A stretch of 64,000 bases of DNA from Candidatus Nanohalovita haloferacivicina (GTDB lineage: Archaea > Nanohalarchaeota > Nanosalinia > Nanosalinales > Nanosalinaceae): contig NZ_CP107255.1 of NCBI RefSeq assembly GCF_029232205.1, positions 411,781 to 475,780 on the forward strand, given 5' to 3'. How positions within the stretch are numbered: position 1 is the first letter of the stretch; every line of letters begins with the position of its first letter. Below are positions 36,978-47,848 of this stretch, in pieces. Under the pieces are notes generated by a model. It saw nothing but the letters and a program-made list of their open reading frames with translations, made no database searches and was not told the DNA's origin. Both the position numbers and the translations under genes were made by a program.

Positions 36978-37853
36978 TTATTCGGGTGCTGGAAATGTGA
37001 ATACTTCCAGGCCTTCTACTCCTTCTACAGTCACTGCAATATCGGAGTCTCCTCTTACATAATCTCTTATCGTGTTGATATTCAGAATCTCTCCTCTTCT
37101 CTGAGGATTCCAGTCATGGCCTTCCTTAACCATGTAACTTCCCATTGTGTGGCCGATCACCTGCGGAACCTCTGACTCCATCTCGTAGAAACGGTTCCAA
37201 ACAATACCGCCTGTAGCAGTAAAACCTCTATCATCACGAACTACGTCAAAAAGATCAGGATACCTCGACTTCAACTCGTTACCTTTCTCAGTTTCAACTA
37301 CCTCAACAAGATATCTCTGAGCATCGACAAAGGCCTGTTCATCGCCGTTCATCAACTTTTCATGTGCTTCAAGCAGCTTCCGACCGACCTCACGCAGCTG
37401 CCTGTTCAGATCTTCTACATCAGACCTCTCCTCACTACCTGAATGACTGTATACATACTCGGGGCCTTCGAATGCAGCAGTTATCTCTCCTTCCGCAACT
37501 TTCTCCAGCAACCTGTGTCGCATCTTCTCAGGCATATCTCTCCAGTAAAGGCCTTCCTCGTCATGCGCCTCAAAGTAGCTCTCGCTCATGAACTCGTTAA
37601 CCACATCTGGGAACATGGCGAAAAACTCGTGATTGCCAATATTGTATACGTCAGCATTCTCAAAAGCCCATTCAAGGCTCTCCCTGTTTTGAGGCCCTCT
37701 ATCAAACATATCTCCATTTAGAATAAGTTTATCGTCGGAAATCCACTGTTTTCCATCCAGTAAATCTGTTTCAATTTCTTCCTCAAGGCTTTCAAGAGCA
37801 TGAATGGCCTGATCCAGGTATCCGTGGATGTCGGTAATGCAGACAAATCTCAC
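36978..37853 (-). CDS. PPP-family metallophosphoesterase (Ser/Thr phosphatase/ApaH-like)
   Basis: ITDIHG, GDMFDRGP and GNHE motifs. Confidence 0.7.
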   Translation of the reverse strand: MRFVCITDIHGYLDQAIHALESLEEEIETDLLDGKQWISDDKLILNGDMFDRGPQNRESLEWAFENADVYNIGNHEFFAMFPDVVNEFMSESYFEAHDEEGLYWRDMPEKMRHRLLEKVAEGEITAAFEGPEYVYSHSGSEERSDVEDLNRQLREVGRKLLEAHEKLMNGDEQAFVDAQRYLVEVVETEKGNELKSRYPDLFDVVRDDRGFTATGGIVWNRFYEMESEVPQVIGHTMGSYMVKEGHDWNPQRRGEILNINTIRDYVRGDSDIAVTVEGVEGLEVFTFPAPE

Positions 37854-37944
37854 ATCCAGATAATTGTGTCTTAACGGTTAAATTTCTGGCCTCTTCGGCG
37901 CCATCCATTTAAGTCTTGAACAATTGTTACTATAAGGTGGAAAA

Positions 37945-40059
37945 ATGTCAGTAGAAGGCAAACAGGGTGGCGAAAGAAAGCTGCCGGAAGGTAACGTCTT
38001 CGGTACTAAAGAAGACGATGAATTTACTGTAAACGTTGAAGGAGAAGAAGCAGGTACTTTCAAACGATTTGAATACTATTCAATGCCCTTCTCACTGACA
38101 GGCCAAGAAGAAGTCTTCGAAGAAGTAATGCACCGCGCAGAGGAAAACGACAGCAGCTTCGCAGAAGAACTTGAACAACACGAAGAGGCCCAGCAAGTAG
38201 TACAAGATTTCTACGACAGAATGGAGGAGAACCCAGGCCTCAGCAAGGAAATGATGGACTCTCTGCTTGCAGATGTCTACGTGGACGATAACGTAATAGC
38301 AGAAATGGAGGCAGAGGACTCGCTTGAGGATAAAATGGGCAAGTTCACAGCAGGCTGGAAACACCTCTCAGATTTCTACGGAATCGAAGGCCTTGTAGGT
38401 GGCGACGCTGAAGAAATCAATCCTTTCCTGAACGGAGACGACGCATCAATGGTTGCAGGAGGCCTTGACAGCCTTGAAACAGTGCTTCCAGCTCTGAGAG
38501 AAAACATGGGTGAGGAAGAGTGGACGAAGTCTGCTTTAAGGCTCTCTTCGATTGTGGAAAGAGAGCATGGGCAGATTGATGAGGCTGTGGATATGCTGGA
38601 AGAGATACATGGCGTCGGAGACTACGATCAGGAATTTCTAGATAATTCCGCTCAGGTTCTCGAAGATCTTGCTAACTCAAGATTCGAAACCAATTCCGAG
38701 CACGGCAAGTTCTACAACACATTCATCAGATTCCATAACTGGATGCCATTGAAACTGAAGGAAGATGGCAGAGAAGGAGACCAGTACGACAGTCTCTGTG
38801 CGCCTACAGGAGATGGAATGGATAAAATTAAGGATAGATCTGTTCACGCAGATCTCGATGAGATAGGAGACGCCGACAGCCCGAAAGGCCTTGCACTTTC
38901 CTGGCTTCTTGACGAGGGAATAGAGGTCGACGGAGAAACACTCGGCGACAGAGAAGAATTCCAGGACTCAGTTGATGAATGGGAACAGAGAATTAACGAA
39001 GAATTAAGCGAAGGCCGCGAAGAATACGCAGAATTCACAATGGACGACCCGGCGATGTACTCCGGACTGGTAGGAGGAAAATGGAAAGGCCTCAAACTGC
39101 TTGACGACGCAAAAGAGGCTCTTGACCTCGGCTATGATATAGCTGATGGAAAAGTGGTTTCCTCGGTTGGCGTTGAACAGATGCTGGAAGAAGCCGGCGT
39201 ACAGGAATTAATTGAACAGGACGTCTTTGAAATGGGAGAAGACAGAAGACAGGAGATCGTCGACAGAATCGATGATGTAGATGTCAGCGAGTACGTAGAT
39301 GACGTAGAAGGCGGCACTATTGCCCGTTCCAGTATGTACGGAGAGGATGGAGCCTCGAACTTCGCTGGAACATACGAATCGTTCCATGCAGATGGCTCTC
39401 CGGGCCAGGCAGTTAAAGACGTAGTTAAAAGCTACTTCTCCGAGAAAGCAGTCAACGCTAGAGAAGACAAAGGCATGACGCACAACGGAGGCATCAGCGT
39501 AATCCTTCAGGACGCGATAGAACACGAAAGAGGAGGTGTAGTGCATCTTACTGATGAAAGCTATTCGATCAGCGAGGCCGAAGACGCCGAGAAAGCTGTA
39601 GAAGGAGAAGGCGAGACACATACAGCAGAAACAGTGGAAGGCCTGGTAGAGGGCACTGCTATGGAAGGAATGGCACATGATCTTGAAGAACTCCATGAAA
39701 CCTTCGGCGACATCGATCTAGAGTACGTAGCAGAAGGCGACGAAGTATACCTTACACAGATGAGGCCTAAACATAGAGCAGTGGATGGTGAAAGGCCTGA
39801 CTTTGACTCAATGAGTACAGTACAGCTGGACTCTTTCGAGGATATGTACGAGGCCGAGCTTGATGGAGAAGCACCTTACGTGGTCAGAATGGACTTCCTC
39901 GGCCGCGACAATATTATGGATAGGGAAAGAGAGATAGAAGAGTTCCTGCGTGAGAATCAGGATAAGATCGGTGGAGTAGAAGGCCACATGCCGGCACCGG
40001 CCCACATTCCGAACAATATCGAAGGCCACTTCAGAATACCTTACAGAGAGGCCTCATAG
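37945..40059 (+). CDS. large hypothetical acidic protein
   Basis: 704 aa, pI very acidic. No recognisable domain. Confidence 0.45.
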   Translation: MSVEGKQGGERKLPEGNVFGTKEDDEFTVNVEGEEAGTFKRFEYYSMPFSLTGQEEVFEEVMHRAEENDSSFAEELEQHEEAQQVVQDFYDRMEENPGLSKEMMDSLLADVYVDDNVIAEMEAEDSLEDKMGKFTAGWKHLSDFYGIEGLVGGDAEEINPFLNGDDASMVAGGLDSLETVLPALRENMGEEEWTKSALRLSSIVEREHGQIDEAVDMLEEIHGVGDYDQEFLDNSAQVLEDLANSRFETNSEHGKFYNTFIRFHNWMPLKLKEDGREGDQYDSLCAPTGDGMDKIKDRSVHADLDEIGDADSPKGLALSWLLDEGIEVDGETLGDREEFQDSVDEWEQRINEELSEGREEYAEFTMDDPAMYSGLVGGKWKGLKLLDDAKEALDLGYDIADGKVVSSVGVEQMLEEAGVQELIEQDVFEMGEDRRQEIVDRIDDVDVSEYVDDVEGGTIARSSMYGEDGASNFAGTYESFHADGSPGQAVKDVVKSYFSEKAVNAREDKGMTHNGGISVILQDAIEHERGGVVHLTDESYSISEAEDAEKAVEGEGETHTAETVEGLVEGTAMEGMAHDLEELHETFGDIDLEYVAEGDEVYLTQMRPKHRAVDGERPDFDSMSTVQLDSFEDMYEAELDGEAPYVVRMDFLGRDNIMDREREIEEFLRENQDKIGGVEGHMPAPAHIPNNIEGHFRIPYREAS

Positions 40060-40068
40060 AAGGATAAT

Positions 40069-40482
40069 CTACCCTTCTGGTTTCTTTTTTACGAATTTCT
40101 CTGCGTCTTCTTCGGCGAATTCTTTGTTTGAGTATCCGTACATCGGTGTGTCGATCTCTGAACCGAATTTTTCAGAATTAATCGTCCAGAATCCGTTGTC
40201 TTTCTTCTCCAGTGATACTTCGGCCCCGGTCTTGGAATGCTTCCAGGTATCTCCTTCACGGTTCCATTCTCCGACGTCACGCAGATCTTTGCAGTAAGAG
40301 GAATAACGACGGTTTCCGGGTTTGCATACTAGAAGTGCATCTTCCTCCTGGTATATTTCGTATTCTCCTCCTGAAGGCCCTGCAATAAGTACTCTGTCGT
40401 CCTCTACTTTTTCGACTGTGAGAGGAGTCTTTCTTTCGTTGAAAAGTATTTTCTGGCCTTCCTCAAGTTCGCTGTACTTCAT
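40069..40482 (-). CDS. hypothetical protein
   Basis: The start is placed at MKYSELEEG within ORF 40069..40647. Acidic/aromatic composition. Confidence 0.4.
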   Translation of the reverse strand: MKYSELEEGQKILFNERKTPLTVEKVEDDRVLIAGPSGGEYEIYQEEDALLVCKPGNRRYSSYCKDLRDVGEWNREGDTWKHSKTGAEVSLEKKDNGFWTINSEKFGSEIDTPMYGYSNKEFAEEDAEKFVKKKPEG

Positions 40483-40564
40483 CTTTGTAGTATTCGAAGA
40501 GGTTCTGAGGTATAAAAGAGGTGGGAGTTTGTTGCAGACATAGATAATCCAAAGATTTATATAT

Positions 40565-41944
40565 TTGCTATTGTTAAGTAACAACATGAGTCTTTCTTCC
40601 GAGGGTTTTGATGAGGATCCTGATTTTGGGGAGGGTCTTGACAGCATTGTAGATCAGTATGTCGAAGATGAAGGTCTTGAAGGAGTTGTTATTGAAGAAA
40701 ATAGACGGTTCGGTGTCTATCTCGGAAGAAAGAATGATTCTGTTAGGGTAGGCCTTTCTGAAGAGGCAGTTTCTACTGATAGAATTACTCCTGCAGAACA
40801 AAATTTTGTGTTAGCACATGAACTAGGTCATGATAAGCTTGAATCTAATCACGGTAATACAGAATATAGTAAAGAACATGGGTTGATGGCGAGACTTGAA
40901 GAGGGAGCAACTTCTCTACCTCATATTACACTTTCTGAAACTGTTGCAGAGCTTTCAGCTCTTGAAATGACTGATATGGAGGATGTGCCGGAATTTCTTA
41001 ACAGAAGTCCTTTCAGAGAGGAGCATGAGGGTAGCTTCTCGGACTACGATAGGCTGAGTGAGAAACAGCGCGTTGCAAGACAATTAAGGCCTCAGCTGGA
41101 AGATCTAAAACAGGCTAGTCTTGATGAGCCGCATGAAATACTTGATGCTTATGATGAGTCAAGTCTTTCTGAAGGATATCAGTCTAATTTGAATTTTTCT
41201 CACTCTTTGAAATCTGACTTGGACAAGTTTGATTCTCATGTTATGGATGAGGTAGGGCCTGCTAAGGTTCATTATAATCATGGGGAGGATAGACAGTTCC
41301 TTTTCTGGACGGACTTTCTTCAGCAGCTACAGAGGGTTAAGACTGAGGGTATCGATCAGACGAACTTCCTGACTCATTACTGGGCTGATAAGGCGACTTC
41401 GTCGGTACCAGGCCCTAGAGAAGAGCCGCAATTCGAGGTTATTGATTCCTACATTCCCGTTGATAGTGAGGAGTTTGCTGATAAAACTCTGGAGCTTCAT
41501 ACGGATGAGGATATCAGAGATTCGTTTACTGATGTTTATCGGGTTATTGATAGTAACTCTGATGATATCTTCAGAGATCTTGAAGAGTTTGTATTTCAGA
41601 AGGCTACTGGCGAGATGGAGGAGTTTGTTGATCGCTATGGTTTTGAACAGGATCTTAATGACGAATCATATCCTGAGATAATTTCTGATCTTGAAAATGG
41701 TTCTTACGATGTTGGGGGCGTGGATTATCCTCACACTGTTGGCTGTACTATGGGTAAAGTGCTTTACGATAATGACGTCGAGGCTGATGACGTGGTCTCG
41801 GATATGGGTACTTACAGAGATATAGCAGTGCGGGCTATAGAGCTAGCTGCTGAAAAAGGAATAGAGATGGATAAAGGAGTGTCGAATCCTACTCACGAGG
41901 ATTACATCCGGGAAGTTGACAGAATGGTAAATGCCGCTACATGA
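40565..41944 (+). CDS. hypothetical acidic protein with HExxH motif
   Basis: 459 aa. VLAHELGHDKLESNHG suggests a zincin-like metal site. Confidence 0.45.
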   Translation: MLLLSNNMSLSSEGFDEDPDFGEGLDSIVDQYVEDEGLEGVVIEENRRFGVYLGRKNDSVRVGLSEEAVSTDRITPAEQNFVLAHELGHDKLESNHGNTEYSKEHGLMARLEEGATSLPHITLSETVAELSALEMTDMEDVPEFLNRSPFREEHEGSFSDYDRLSEKQRVARQLRPQLEDLKQASLDEPHEILDAYDESSLSEGYQSNLNFSHSLKSDLDKFDSHVMDEVGPAKVHYNHGEDRQFLFWTDFLQQLQRVKTEGIDQTNFLTHYWADKATSSVPGPREEPQFEVIDSYIPVDSEEFADKTLELHTDEDIRDSFTDVYRVIDSNSDDIFRDLEEFVFQKATGEMEEFVDRYGFEQDLNDESYPEIISDLENGSYDVGGVDYPHTVGCTMGKVLYDNDVEADDVVSDMGTYRDIAVRAIELAAEKGIEMDKGVSNPTHEDYIREVDRMVNAAT

Positions 41945-41956
41945 TTGCTTCTGATT

Positions 41957-43915
41957 TCATATCTCCTTACTTTTCATCAACTGGGCGTTGAAGGCCACAA
42001 TCACTGTGCTTAGCGACATAATCAATGCACCAACCGCTGGCTGAAGTGTCAATCCAATCGGTGCTGCAACTCCGGCCGCAAGCGGAATTGCAAACGCGTT
42101 GTATCCAGTGGCCCAGAAAAGATTCTGCACCATCTTTGAGTAGGTTACTTCGCTGATATTCATGATCTTCACGATTCCCATCGGGCTGTCGTTCACCAGT
42201 ACGATGTCAGCTGATTCAACAGCTACATCTGTGCCACTACCAATCGCGACACCGATATCCGCTCTTGTCAGGGCTACAGCGTCGTTTACCCCGTCGCCTA
42301 CCATCATCACTTCTCCATTTTCCTGTAGTTCACGGACCTCCTCATCTTTCTCATCCGGAAGCACCTCCGCAAACCAGTTATCGATTCCAAGTTCTTCGGC
42401 AACGGCAGAGGCCACATCCTCAGAGTCTCCAGTAATCATAGCTACCTCAACTCCTCTATCATGAAGCTTTTCGATGGCCTCATAGCTTTCCTCCCTGATA
42501 TGATCTCCTAGAGATACAGCGCCGAGAACCTCGTCCCTAATCAGATAAACAACTGTGCGGCCTTTACTTCCTTCTTCCTCCGCAAATTCCTCGAAGCTGT
42601 TCTCCATATCGAGTTCTTCAAGCATTTTAGGCCCTCCGGCATAGAAAGCCTCTCCATCTATCTCGGCCCTGACACCTTTCCCTTTGATGGCTTCAAAATC
42701 ATCTGTCTCCTGCAGTTCAAGGCCTCTTCTCTCTGCTTCTTCGACAATGGCCTGTCCTATGATGTGTTCGGAGTTTTTCTCGATTGAGGCCAGTTTTGCA
42801 AAGTCTTCATCGCTGATCTCTGTTCTCTCCACTTTCTGCTCTCCCTCGGTAAGTGTGCCGGTTTTATCCAGTGCCACAGTATCAATTTCTCTGGCCTGTT
42901 CGATGGCTGTTCTCTGCCTGACAACTACTCCATTGCTGGCGCTCATAGCAGTACTTATCGATACTACAAGCGGTATTGCCAGGCCTAGTGCGTGAGGACA
43001 TGCGATGACAAGTACGGTGACTACTCTCTCCAGCGTAGTGATTCCGAGGCCTGTAGCTATAGTCCATGCGATGCCTGTGATGAATGCGGATCCCAGTGCG
43101 ATGTAGAAAAGCCATCCAGCGGCCTTATCCGCAAGTAACTGTGTCTCCGTCTTATCTTCCTGGGCCTCGTCAACAAGTTTCATGATGCCGGAGAGAGCTG
43201 TATCATCTCCTGTTGCCGTAATTTTTACTCGTAAAGCTCCTTCCTTGTTGACTGTGCCTCCGATGACTTCGTCTCCTTCTGACTTGCTTACTGGATCTGA
43301 TTCTCCAGTAATCATTGATTCATCGACGGAGGAATCTCCTTCAACTACTTCTCCATCCGCAGGAATTGAGCTACCGGGCCTAACGAGAACTATGTCGCCT
43401 TCTTCCAGCTCAGTGACTTCTACTTCCTCTGTTTCATCTCCATCAACTACCTTTTCTGCTGTGTTCGGTACAAGCTCTTTCAGTTCGTCAAGTGCGGAGG
43501 AGGCCTGACGCACAGACCTCATTTCTATCCAGTGGCCCAGCAACATGATGTCGATCAGTGTTACTAGTTCCCAGAAGAAGCTGGATGTAGTATTCAGGAA
43601 AAGCGATGCCATGCTGTATGTGAAGGCCACTATAATTGCCAGTGAGATCAAGGCCATCATTCCTGGCTTTCTATCTTCCAGTTCTTCTTTACCCATTTTT
43701 AGGAATGGCAGGCCTCCATATGCGAAAATTATTACTGAGAAAACTGGCACTATCAGGTTGCTGCCGGTAAAGGCCGGCATTGAAAAGTTGAAAATACTCT
43801 GTATGAATGAAGAGTAGAGTAAAACGGGTATGGACAGTGCTGTGGAGATGAAGAACTTCTCCTTGAACATCATTTCGTGGTGCTTGTGGCTGTGGCCTTC
43901 GTTTTCGTCGTTCAC
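41957..43915 (-). CDS. copB: copper-translocating P1B-type ATPase (CopB-like, CPH subtype)
   Basis: His-rich N-terminus HSHKHHE, transmembrane CPH motif (IACPHALG), phosphorylation site DKTGTLT, and [10 protein letters not shown] hinge. Confidence 0.85.
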   Translation of the reverse strand: MNDENEGHSHKHHEMMFKEKFFISTALSIPVLLYSSFIQSIFNFSMPAFTGSNLIVPVFSVIIFAYGGLPFLKMGKEELEDRKPGMMALISLAIIVAFTYSMASLFLNTTSSFFWELVTLIDIMLLGHWIEMRSVRQASSALDELKELVPNTAEKVVDGDETEEVEVTELEEGDIVLVRPGSSIPADGEVVEGDSSVDESMITGESDPVSKSEGDEVIGGTVNKEGALRVKITATGDDTALSGIMKLVDEAQEDKTETQLLADKAAGWLFYIALGSAFITGIAWTIATGLGITTLERVVTVLVIACPHALGLAIPLVVSISTAMSASNGVVVRQRTAIEQAREIDTVALDKTGTLTEGEQKVERTEISDEDFAKLASIEKNSEHIIGQAIVEEAERRGLELQETDDFEAIKGKGVRAEIDGEAFYAGGPKMLEELDMENSFEEFAEEEGSKGRTVVYLIRDEVLGAVSLGDHIREESYEAIEKLHDRGVEVAMITGDSEDVASAVAEELGIDNWFAEVLPDEKDEEVRELQENGEVMMVGDGVNDAVALTRADIGVAIGSGTDVAVESADIVLVNDSPMGIVKIMNISEVTYSKMVQNLFWATGYNAFAIPLAAGVAAPIGLTLQPAVGALIMSLSTVIVAFNAQLMKSKEI

Positions 43916-43968
43916 GTTTGAACTTACACTCTTCCAGAATTATAAATGTGTCAACATATGATATAGTT

Positions 43969-44364
43969 ATGTCGGAGATAAATCTCTCGAATGTTAACAG
44001 GCTTCTTACTGTTTTGCTTTTGAAAACCAAAGAACGGCATGGATATGAGATTATGGATAGGATTGAAGGTGTTACTGGGAAAAGGCCTTCTTCATCGCAT
44101 ATTTATCCGTTTTTGTCAACTCTTGTAGAAAATAGTCTTGTTGATGAAAGGAAGGATGGCCGCAAGAAAGTCTATTCTTTGACTGAGGAAGGAGAGCGGT
44201 TTGCTGATGAAAAAGTTGATTCTTTCGGTCAGATTATTGAGGCCTCAGTGCTTCAGAAGGTCTCGGAGTGTGAGAGCTGTGGATGTGAGATTTACTCTGG
44301 GGGTTATGAGGAAGAAGGCAAACTTTACTGCTGTAGTCATTGTGCTACTGCAAATAATTCATAA
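43969..44364 (+). CDS. PadR-family transcriptional regulator with C-terminal TRASH-like Cys cluster (putative copper-responsive regulator)
   Basis: PadR wHTH: HGYEIMDRI…HIYPFLSTLVENSLV…KVYSLTEEG. The C-terminus carries CESCGCE…CCSHC. It is divergent from copB. The start is the ATG inside the TTG-initiated ORF 43918..44364. Confidence 0.65.
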   Translation: MSEINLSNVNRLLTVLLLKTKERHGYEIMDRIEGVTGKRPSSSHIYPFLSTLVENSLVDERKDGRKKVYSLTEEGERFADEKVDSFGQIIEASVLQKVSECESCGCEIYSGGYEEEGKLYCCSHCATANNS

Positions 44365-44386
44365 ATTTAGCTACCTAATTCCTATT

Positions 44387-44923
44387 ATGTCAGAGGAAAC
44401 AGCAAGCTTTGCGCTCGGATGTTTCTGGGATTCTGATGCTCTTTTTGGAGGCCTTAACGGCGTTATCAGAACCCGTGTAGGATACTCTGGAGGGGAAAAG
44501 GAAAACCCTAACTGTCAGGAAATAGGAGATCATGTGGAAACAGTACAGATAGACTACGATCCTGATGAGATCACTTACAGGGAGCTTCTTGAGAAATTCT
44601 GGGAATGGCATAACTACGCAGAACAAAGTAAGGAGCAGTATGAATCTGTTATTTTCTACCACAACGAGAAACAGAAACAGAAAGCAGAGGAATCAAGGCC
44701 TGAAAACGCTGTAACAGAGATAAGGCCTATGAAGAAATTCTGGATGGCGGAAGACTACCACCAGAAATACAGGCTTAGAGGTTCCGATAAAATAGAGGAA
44801 TACAGGGAGATGGATCCAGAAGATTTCAGAGAATCTCCTGAGGTTGCAGAGGCCAACGCCGAAGCATACAGTAAGATGGATTATAGTTCGGTAGGTTCCG
44901 AACAATCAGCCTCCATTATTTAA
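44387..44923 (+). CDS. msrA: peptide methionine sulfoxide reductase MsrA
   Basis: Active-site GCFWDSDALF (GCFW motif). The start is at MSEETASF within ORF 44201..44923. Confidence 0.85.
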   Translation: MSEETASFALGCFWDSDALFGGLNGVIRTRVGYSGGEKENPNCQEIGDHVETVQIDYDPDEITYRELLEKFWEWHNYAEQSKEQYESVIFYHNEKQKQKAEESRPENAVTEIRPMKKFWMAEDYHQKYRLRGSDKIEEYREMDPEDFRESPEVAEANAEAYSKMDYSSVGSEQSASII

Positions 44924-44946
44924 CCGGTAAAGCACACCTCTAAACT

Positions 44947-46797
44947 ATGAGAACAGAATATCTCGCAATCGCAGGCCTTACACTATTGCTAGCAGCAGGA
45001 ATAGTTTTCAACCCATTAAACAACTCTGAAACTAACTCTCAAAGCTTCAATACTTTTGACTCACAGCAACAGTTTGCAGAATACGTAAATTCCAACGGCG
45101 GTACTTCAGGATTCCAGGAGTACACATCTAACCCAAGAGCATCTCTTGACACAACCACTTCTGAAGGCGCATCAGGCGACAGCTCAACTACGAGAACAGC
45201 CTCAACCAACAACCAGGTTGCAGGAGTACAGGAACCGGATATACTGAAAAACAACGGCGAAAAAATCTTCTACTCGAAAGAAAGCTACTGGAACTCTAAT
45301 TCAACAGTATTCAACGCAAGGCCTCCAGAAAACTTCTCAGCGGAAAGAAATATCTCTGCAAGTGGAAGAATGGTTCTTTCAGACAACACATTGATCTATC
45401 TCAACAGCCAGAACATCACAGCATACAACACGGAAAACTATGAACAGGAATGGAATCACGGCCTCAACAACTCATGGATAGAAGCCGCAAGAATGCATAA
45501 CGACACACTATACGTCGTCCTGCGAAAAGGATTGACAGATTCGTGCCCTGTAAGGCCTCTAGCATCCACAAGAATAGCGGTGCCATGCAGCAGTATCTAC
45601 TATCCAGGCCCTTCAGGAGAGGTAGATTCAACCTACGTCCTGATGAAGATCGACAGCGAAGGAGAGGTACAGGAGAAAAAGGCCTTCCTCGGATCTCCAT
45701 CCAACACAGAAGTCTACATGTCTCAGAAAAATATCTACCTGACCTACTCGGAGACAGCTGACGACACACAGGTAACAATCAACTTCCTGAAGGATGAAGG
45801 CCTTCAAATGCTTGATCAGGAGACACGAGATCACTTGGAGAAAGTCTTCGAATATGATCTATCTCAACAGGCCCTTGAAGCTGAAATTCAGTCAACTCTG
45901 AGAGATTACCGTTCCTCACTTTCCAAAGAGGAGAGAAAACAGTTTGAGAAAGATTTTGACAACGCTTTCGGAAACTACACAGATGAGAGAAAGAGAAAAC
46001 TTGTCAACACATCCATCGCAAAGTTCGGCCTTGAAAATCTTGAGCTTGAAGCCGAGGGAACTGTTCCTGGCGAGGTAAACAACCAGTTCTCAATGGATGA
46101 GAAAGACGACGAGTTCAGAATAGTAACTACTGTTGGAAACTCTTGGAGGTTTGACGCAAAGTCAGAGAACGATCTTTACGTGCTTGACAAAGAGCTAGAG
46201 ATTGAATCCTCTCTACAGGGTATGGGCCTCGAACAGAGAGTCTACTCGGCAAGATTTATCGATGACAAGGCCTACGTGGTTACATTCAGAAGAGTTGATC
46301 CTTTCCACGTGATTGATCTTTCAGGTGATGAACCGAAACTTGAAGGAAAGCTCAAGCTACAGGGATACTCCTCCTACCTGCATCCAATCAGCGAGGACAG
46401 AATTCTGGGAGTCGGAATGGTCAACAGATCTGTAAAGCTTACAGTATTCAACGTTGAGGACGGCACACCTACAATCTCATCAGAGAAAACACTGAACGAG
46501 AGCTACTCGGAGGCCCTCAACAACCATCACGCGTTCCTCATCGACAGAAGACACAAGGCCTTCTTCATCCCGGCATCCAACGGAGGCCATATCTACTCCT
46601 ACGAAAACGGTATCGAGGAGATCAAAAAAGTTGACATAGAGAACCCTAGAAGAGCAACCTACATTGGAGACACGATGTACATCTTCTCCGATGAAAAAGC
46701 TGTAGCAATCAACGAAACCAACTGGGAAACAGTCAGGGAAGTAAAGTTTGGCTCGGAGCAGAGAAGAGTCTACCTTCCTGAACCAGTACTCAGGTAA
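44947..46797 (+). CDS. secreted/membrane-anchored hypothetical protein
   Basis: N-terminal signal/anchor MRTEYLAIAGLTLLLAAGIV. 616 aa, Ser/Thr/Asn-rich mature region. No motif recognised. Confidence 0.45.
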   Translation: MRTEYLAIAGLTLLLAAGIVFNPLNNSETNSQSFNTFDSQQQFAEYVNSNGGTSGFQEYTSNPRASLDTTTSEGASGDSSTTRTASTNNQVAGVQEPDILKNNGEKIFYSKESYWNSNSTVFNARPPENFSAERNISASGRMVLSDNTLIYLNSQNITAYNTENYEQEWNHGLNNSWIEAARMHNDTLYVVLRKGLTDSCPVRPLASTRIAVPCSSIYYPGPSGEVDSTYVLMKIDSEGEVQEKKAFLGSPSNTEVYMSQKNIYLTYSETADDTQVTINFLKDEGLQMLDQETRDHLEKVFEYDLSQQALEAEIQSTLRDYRSSLSKEERKQFEKDFDNAFGNYTDERKRKLVNTSIAKFGLENLELEAEGTVPGEVNNQFSMDEKDDEFRIVTTVGNSWRFDAKSENDLYVLDKELEIESSLQGMGLEQRVYSARFIDDKAYVVTFRRVDPFHVIDLSGDEPKLEGKLKLQGYSSYLHPISEDRILGVGMVNRSVKLTVFNVEDGTPTISSEKTLNESYSEALNNHHAFLIDRRHKAFFIPASNGGHIYSYENGIEEIKKVDIENPRRATYIGDTMYIFSDEKAVAINETNWETVREVKFGSEQRRVYLPEPVLR

Positions 46798-47437
46798 GCT
46801 CCTCAGGATCAAACCTGTCAAAAAGCTCCTGAAGGTATATCTCGGCCACACGAGTATTGTTCTCGCGGTCGAAGGCCTTCAGTTTTTTCTCCTTCATTTT
46901 TCCTTTCTCAACTACATCCAGAATATTCTCTTTCTCAGGCCTTGGAACATAATCCACAAGCTGCAGATGCTGTAAATCTTCCTCACTTAACTCTCCGTCT
47001 CTGAAAAGTTCAATGCACTTCTCCTGATAATTCTTTCCAGGTACTTCGTCGTCATCGCTTTCAGCATAGTATTTGACTGCGTCATCAGGATATCCAAGGA
47101 ATTTTCCTACAGCTTCATCTGTACAGGTATAGAACTTTCCATGGCTGTCCTCAAGGATCTCAAACCTTTCCTTATCATCTGTAATAAACGCTCCGGGATC
47201 AAAGAGATCGTTTCTCTCGCCCATAAAACGTACTGAAAGATTGAAGTCCTCGCAGAAGTTTTTGACAACATCTTCATCCTCCTTCTGCACGCTCATCAGC
47301 AGAACTCCTGATCTATCGCCTGCTACCAGTGAGAGAAGGGCTCTGCACTCATCGCTTGGAAATATTTCAGGTAAAATCTGCAGAAAGTATTTTTCCAGGT
47401 CCGAGTTATCAACCATTAATTCAGTATTAATCGCCAA
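46790..47437 (-). CDS. hypothetical acidic protein
   Basis: 215 aa. It overlaps the 3' end of the previous gene convergently by 8 bp. Confidence 0.4.
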   Translation of the reverse strand: MAINTELMVDNSDLEKYFLQILPEIFPSDECRALLSLVAGDRSGVLLMSVQKEDEDVVKNFCEDFNLSVRFMGERNDLFDPGAFITDDKERFEILEDSHGKFYTCTDEAVGKFLGYPDDAVKYYAESDDDEVPGKNYQEKCIELFRDGELSEEDLQHLQLVDYVPRPEKENILDVVEKGKMKEKKLKAFDRENNTRVAEIYLQELFDRFDPEELT

Positions 47438-47472
47438 ACGGTTTAATATTCAGCGACAGCCAAAGAATCGAT

Positions 47473-47808
47473 ATGTCAAATCCAATAGACCATGATCACA
47501 GACAGGCCGCTAAAGAATACAGAGAGGCCTCCGGAGGAAAAGGAGAGAAATTCAGGGACTGGCAGGCACAGGTAGAAGACGAAACCAGCTTTGATGACAA
47601 AACCAGAGAGCTCATGATGCTGGCCGTAGCCTCCGCACTACAGTGCAAGTTCTGCGTTAGCGCACATAGTAAAAAAGCGATAAGACATGGAGCATCCAGG
47701 GAAGAAGTAGCAGACGCAGTACAGATTGCTTCAGAAGTCAGAGCAGCATCCACAATGGCCTACGGAATGGACGCATACCAGAACTTTGACGACTTCGATG
47801 AAGAATAA
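47473..47808 (+). CDS. carboxymuconolactone decarboxylase/AhpD-like family protein
   Basis: CKFCVSAH (the CxxCxxxH AhpD-core motif) in a 111-aa helical protein. Confidence 0.7.
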   Translation: MSNPIDHDHRQAAKEYREASGGKGEKFRDWQAQVEDETSFDDKTRELMMLAVASALQCKFCVSAHSKKAIRHGASREEVADAVQIASEVRAASTMAYGMDAYQNFDDFDEE

Positions 47809-47848
47809 AAAATAAGAACTTTAGAGGCCTTAAGGCCTCACAAATTTT

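Noticed and set aside
42162-43508. Several Ser/Thr/Pro-rich plus-strand ORFs (100-108 aa) within copB
   Set aside because: They are antisense to a confidently identified P-type ATPase and are low-complexity artefacts.
43918-43968. N-terminal extension of the PadR regulator ORF
   Set aside because: The ORF track begins at a TTG only 2 bp from the copB start. The ATG at 43969 gives a normal PadR N-terminus and leaves a divergent promoter.
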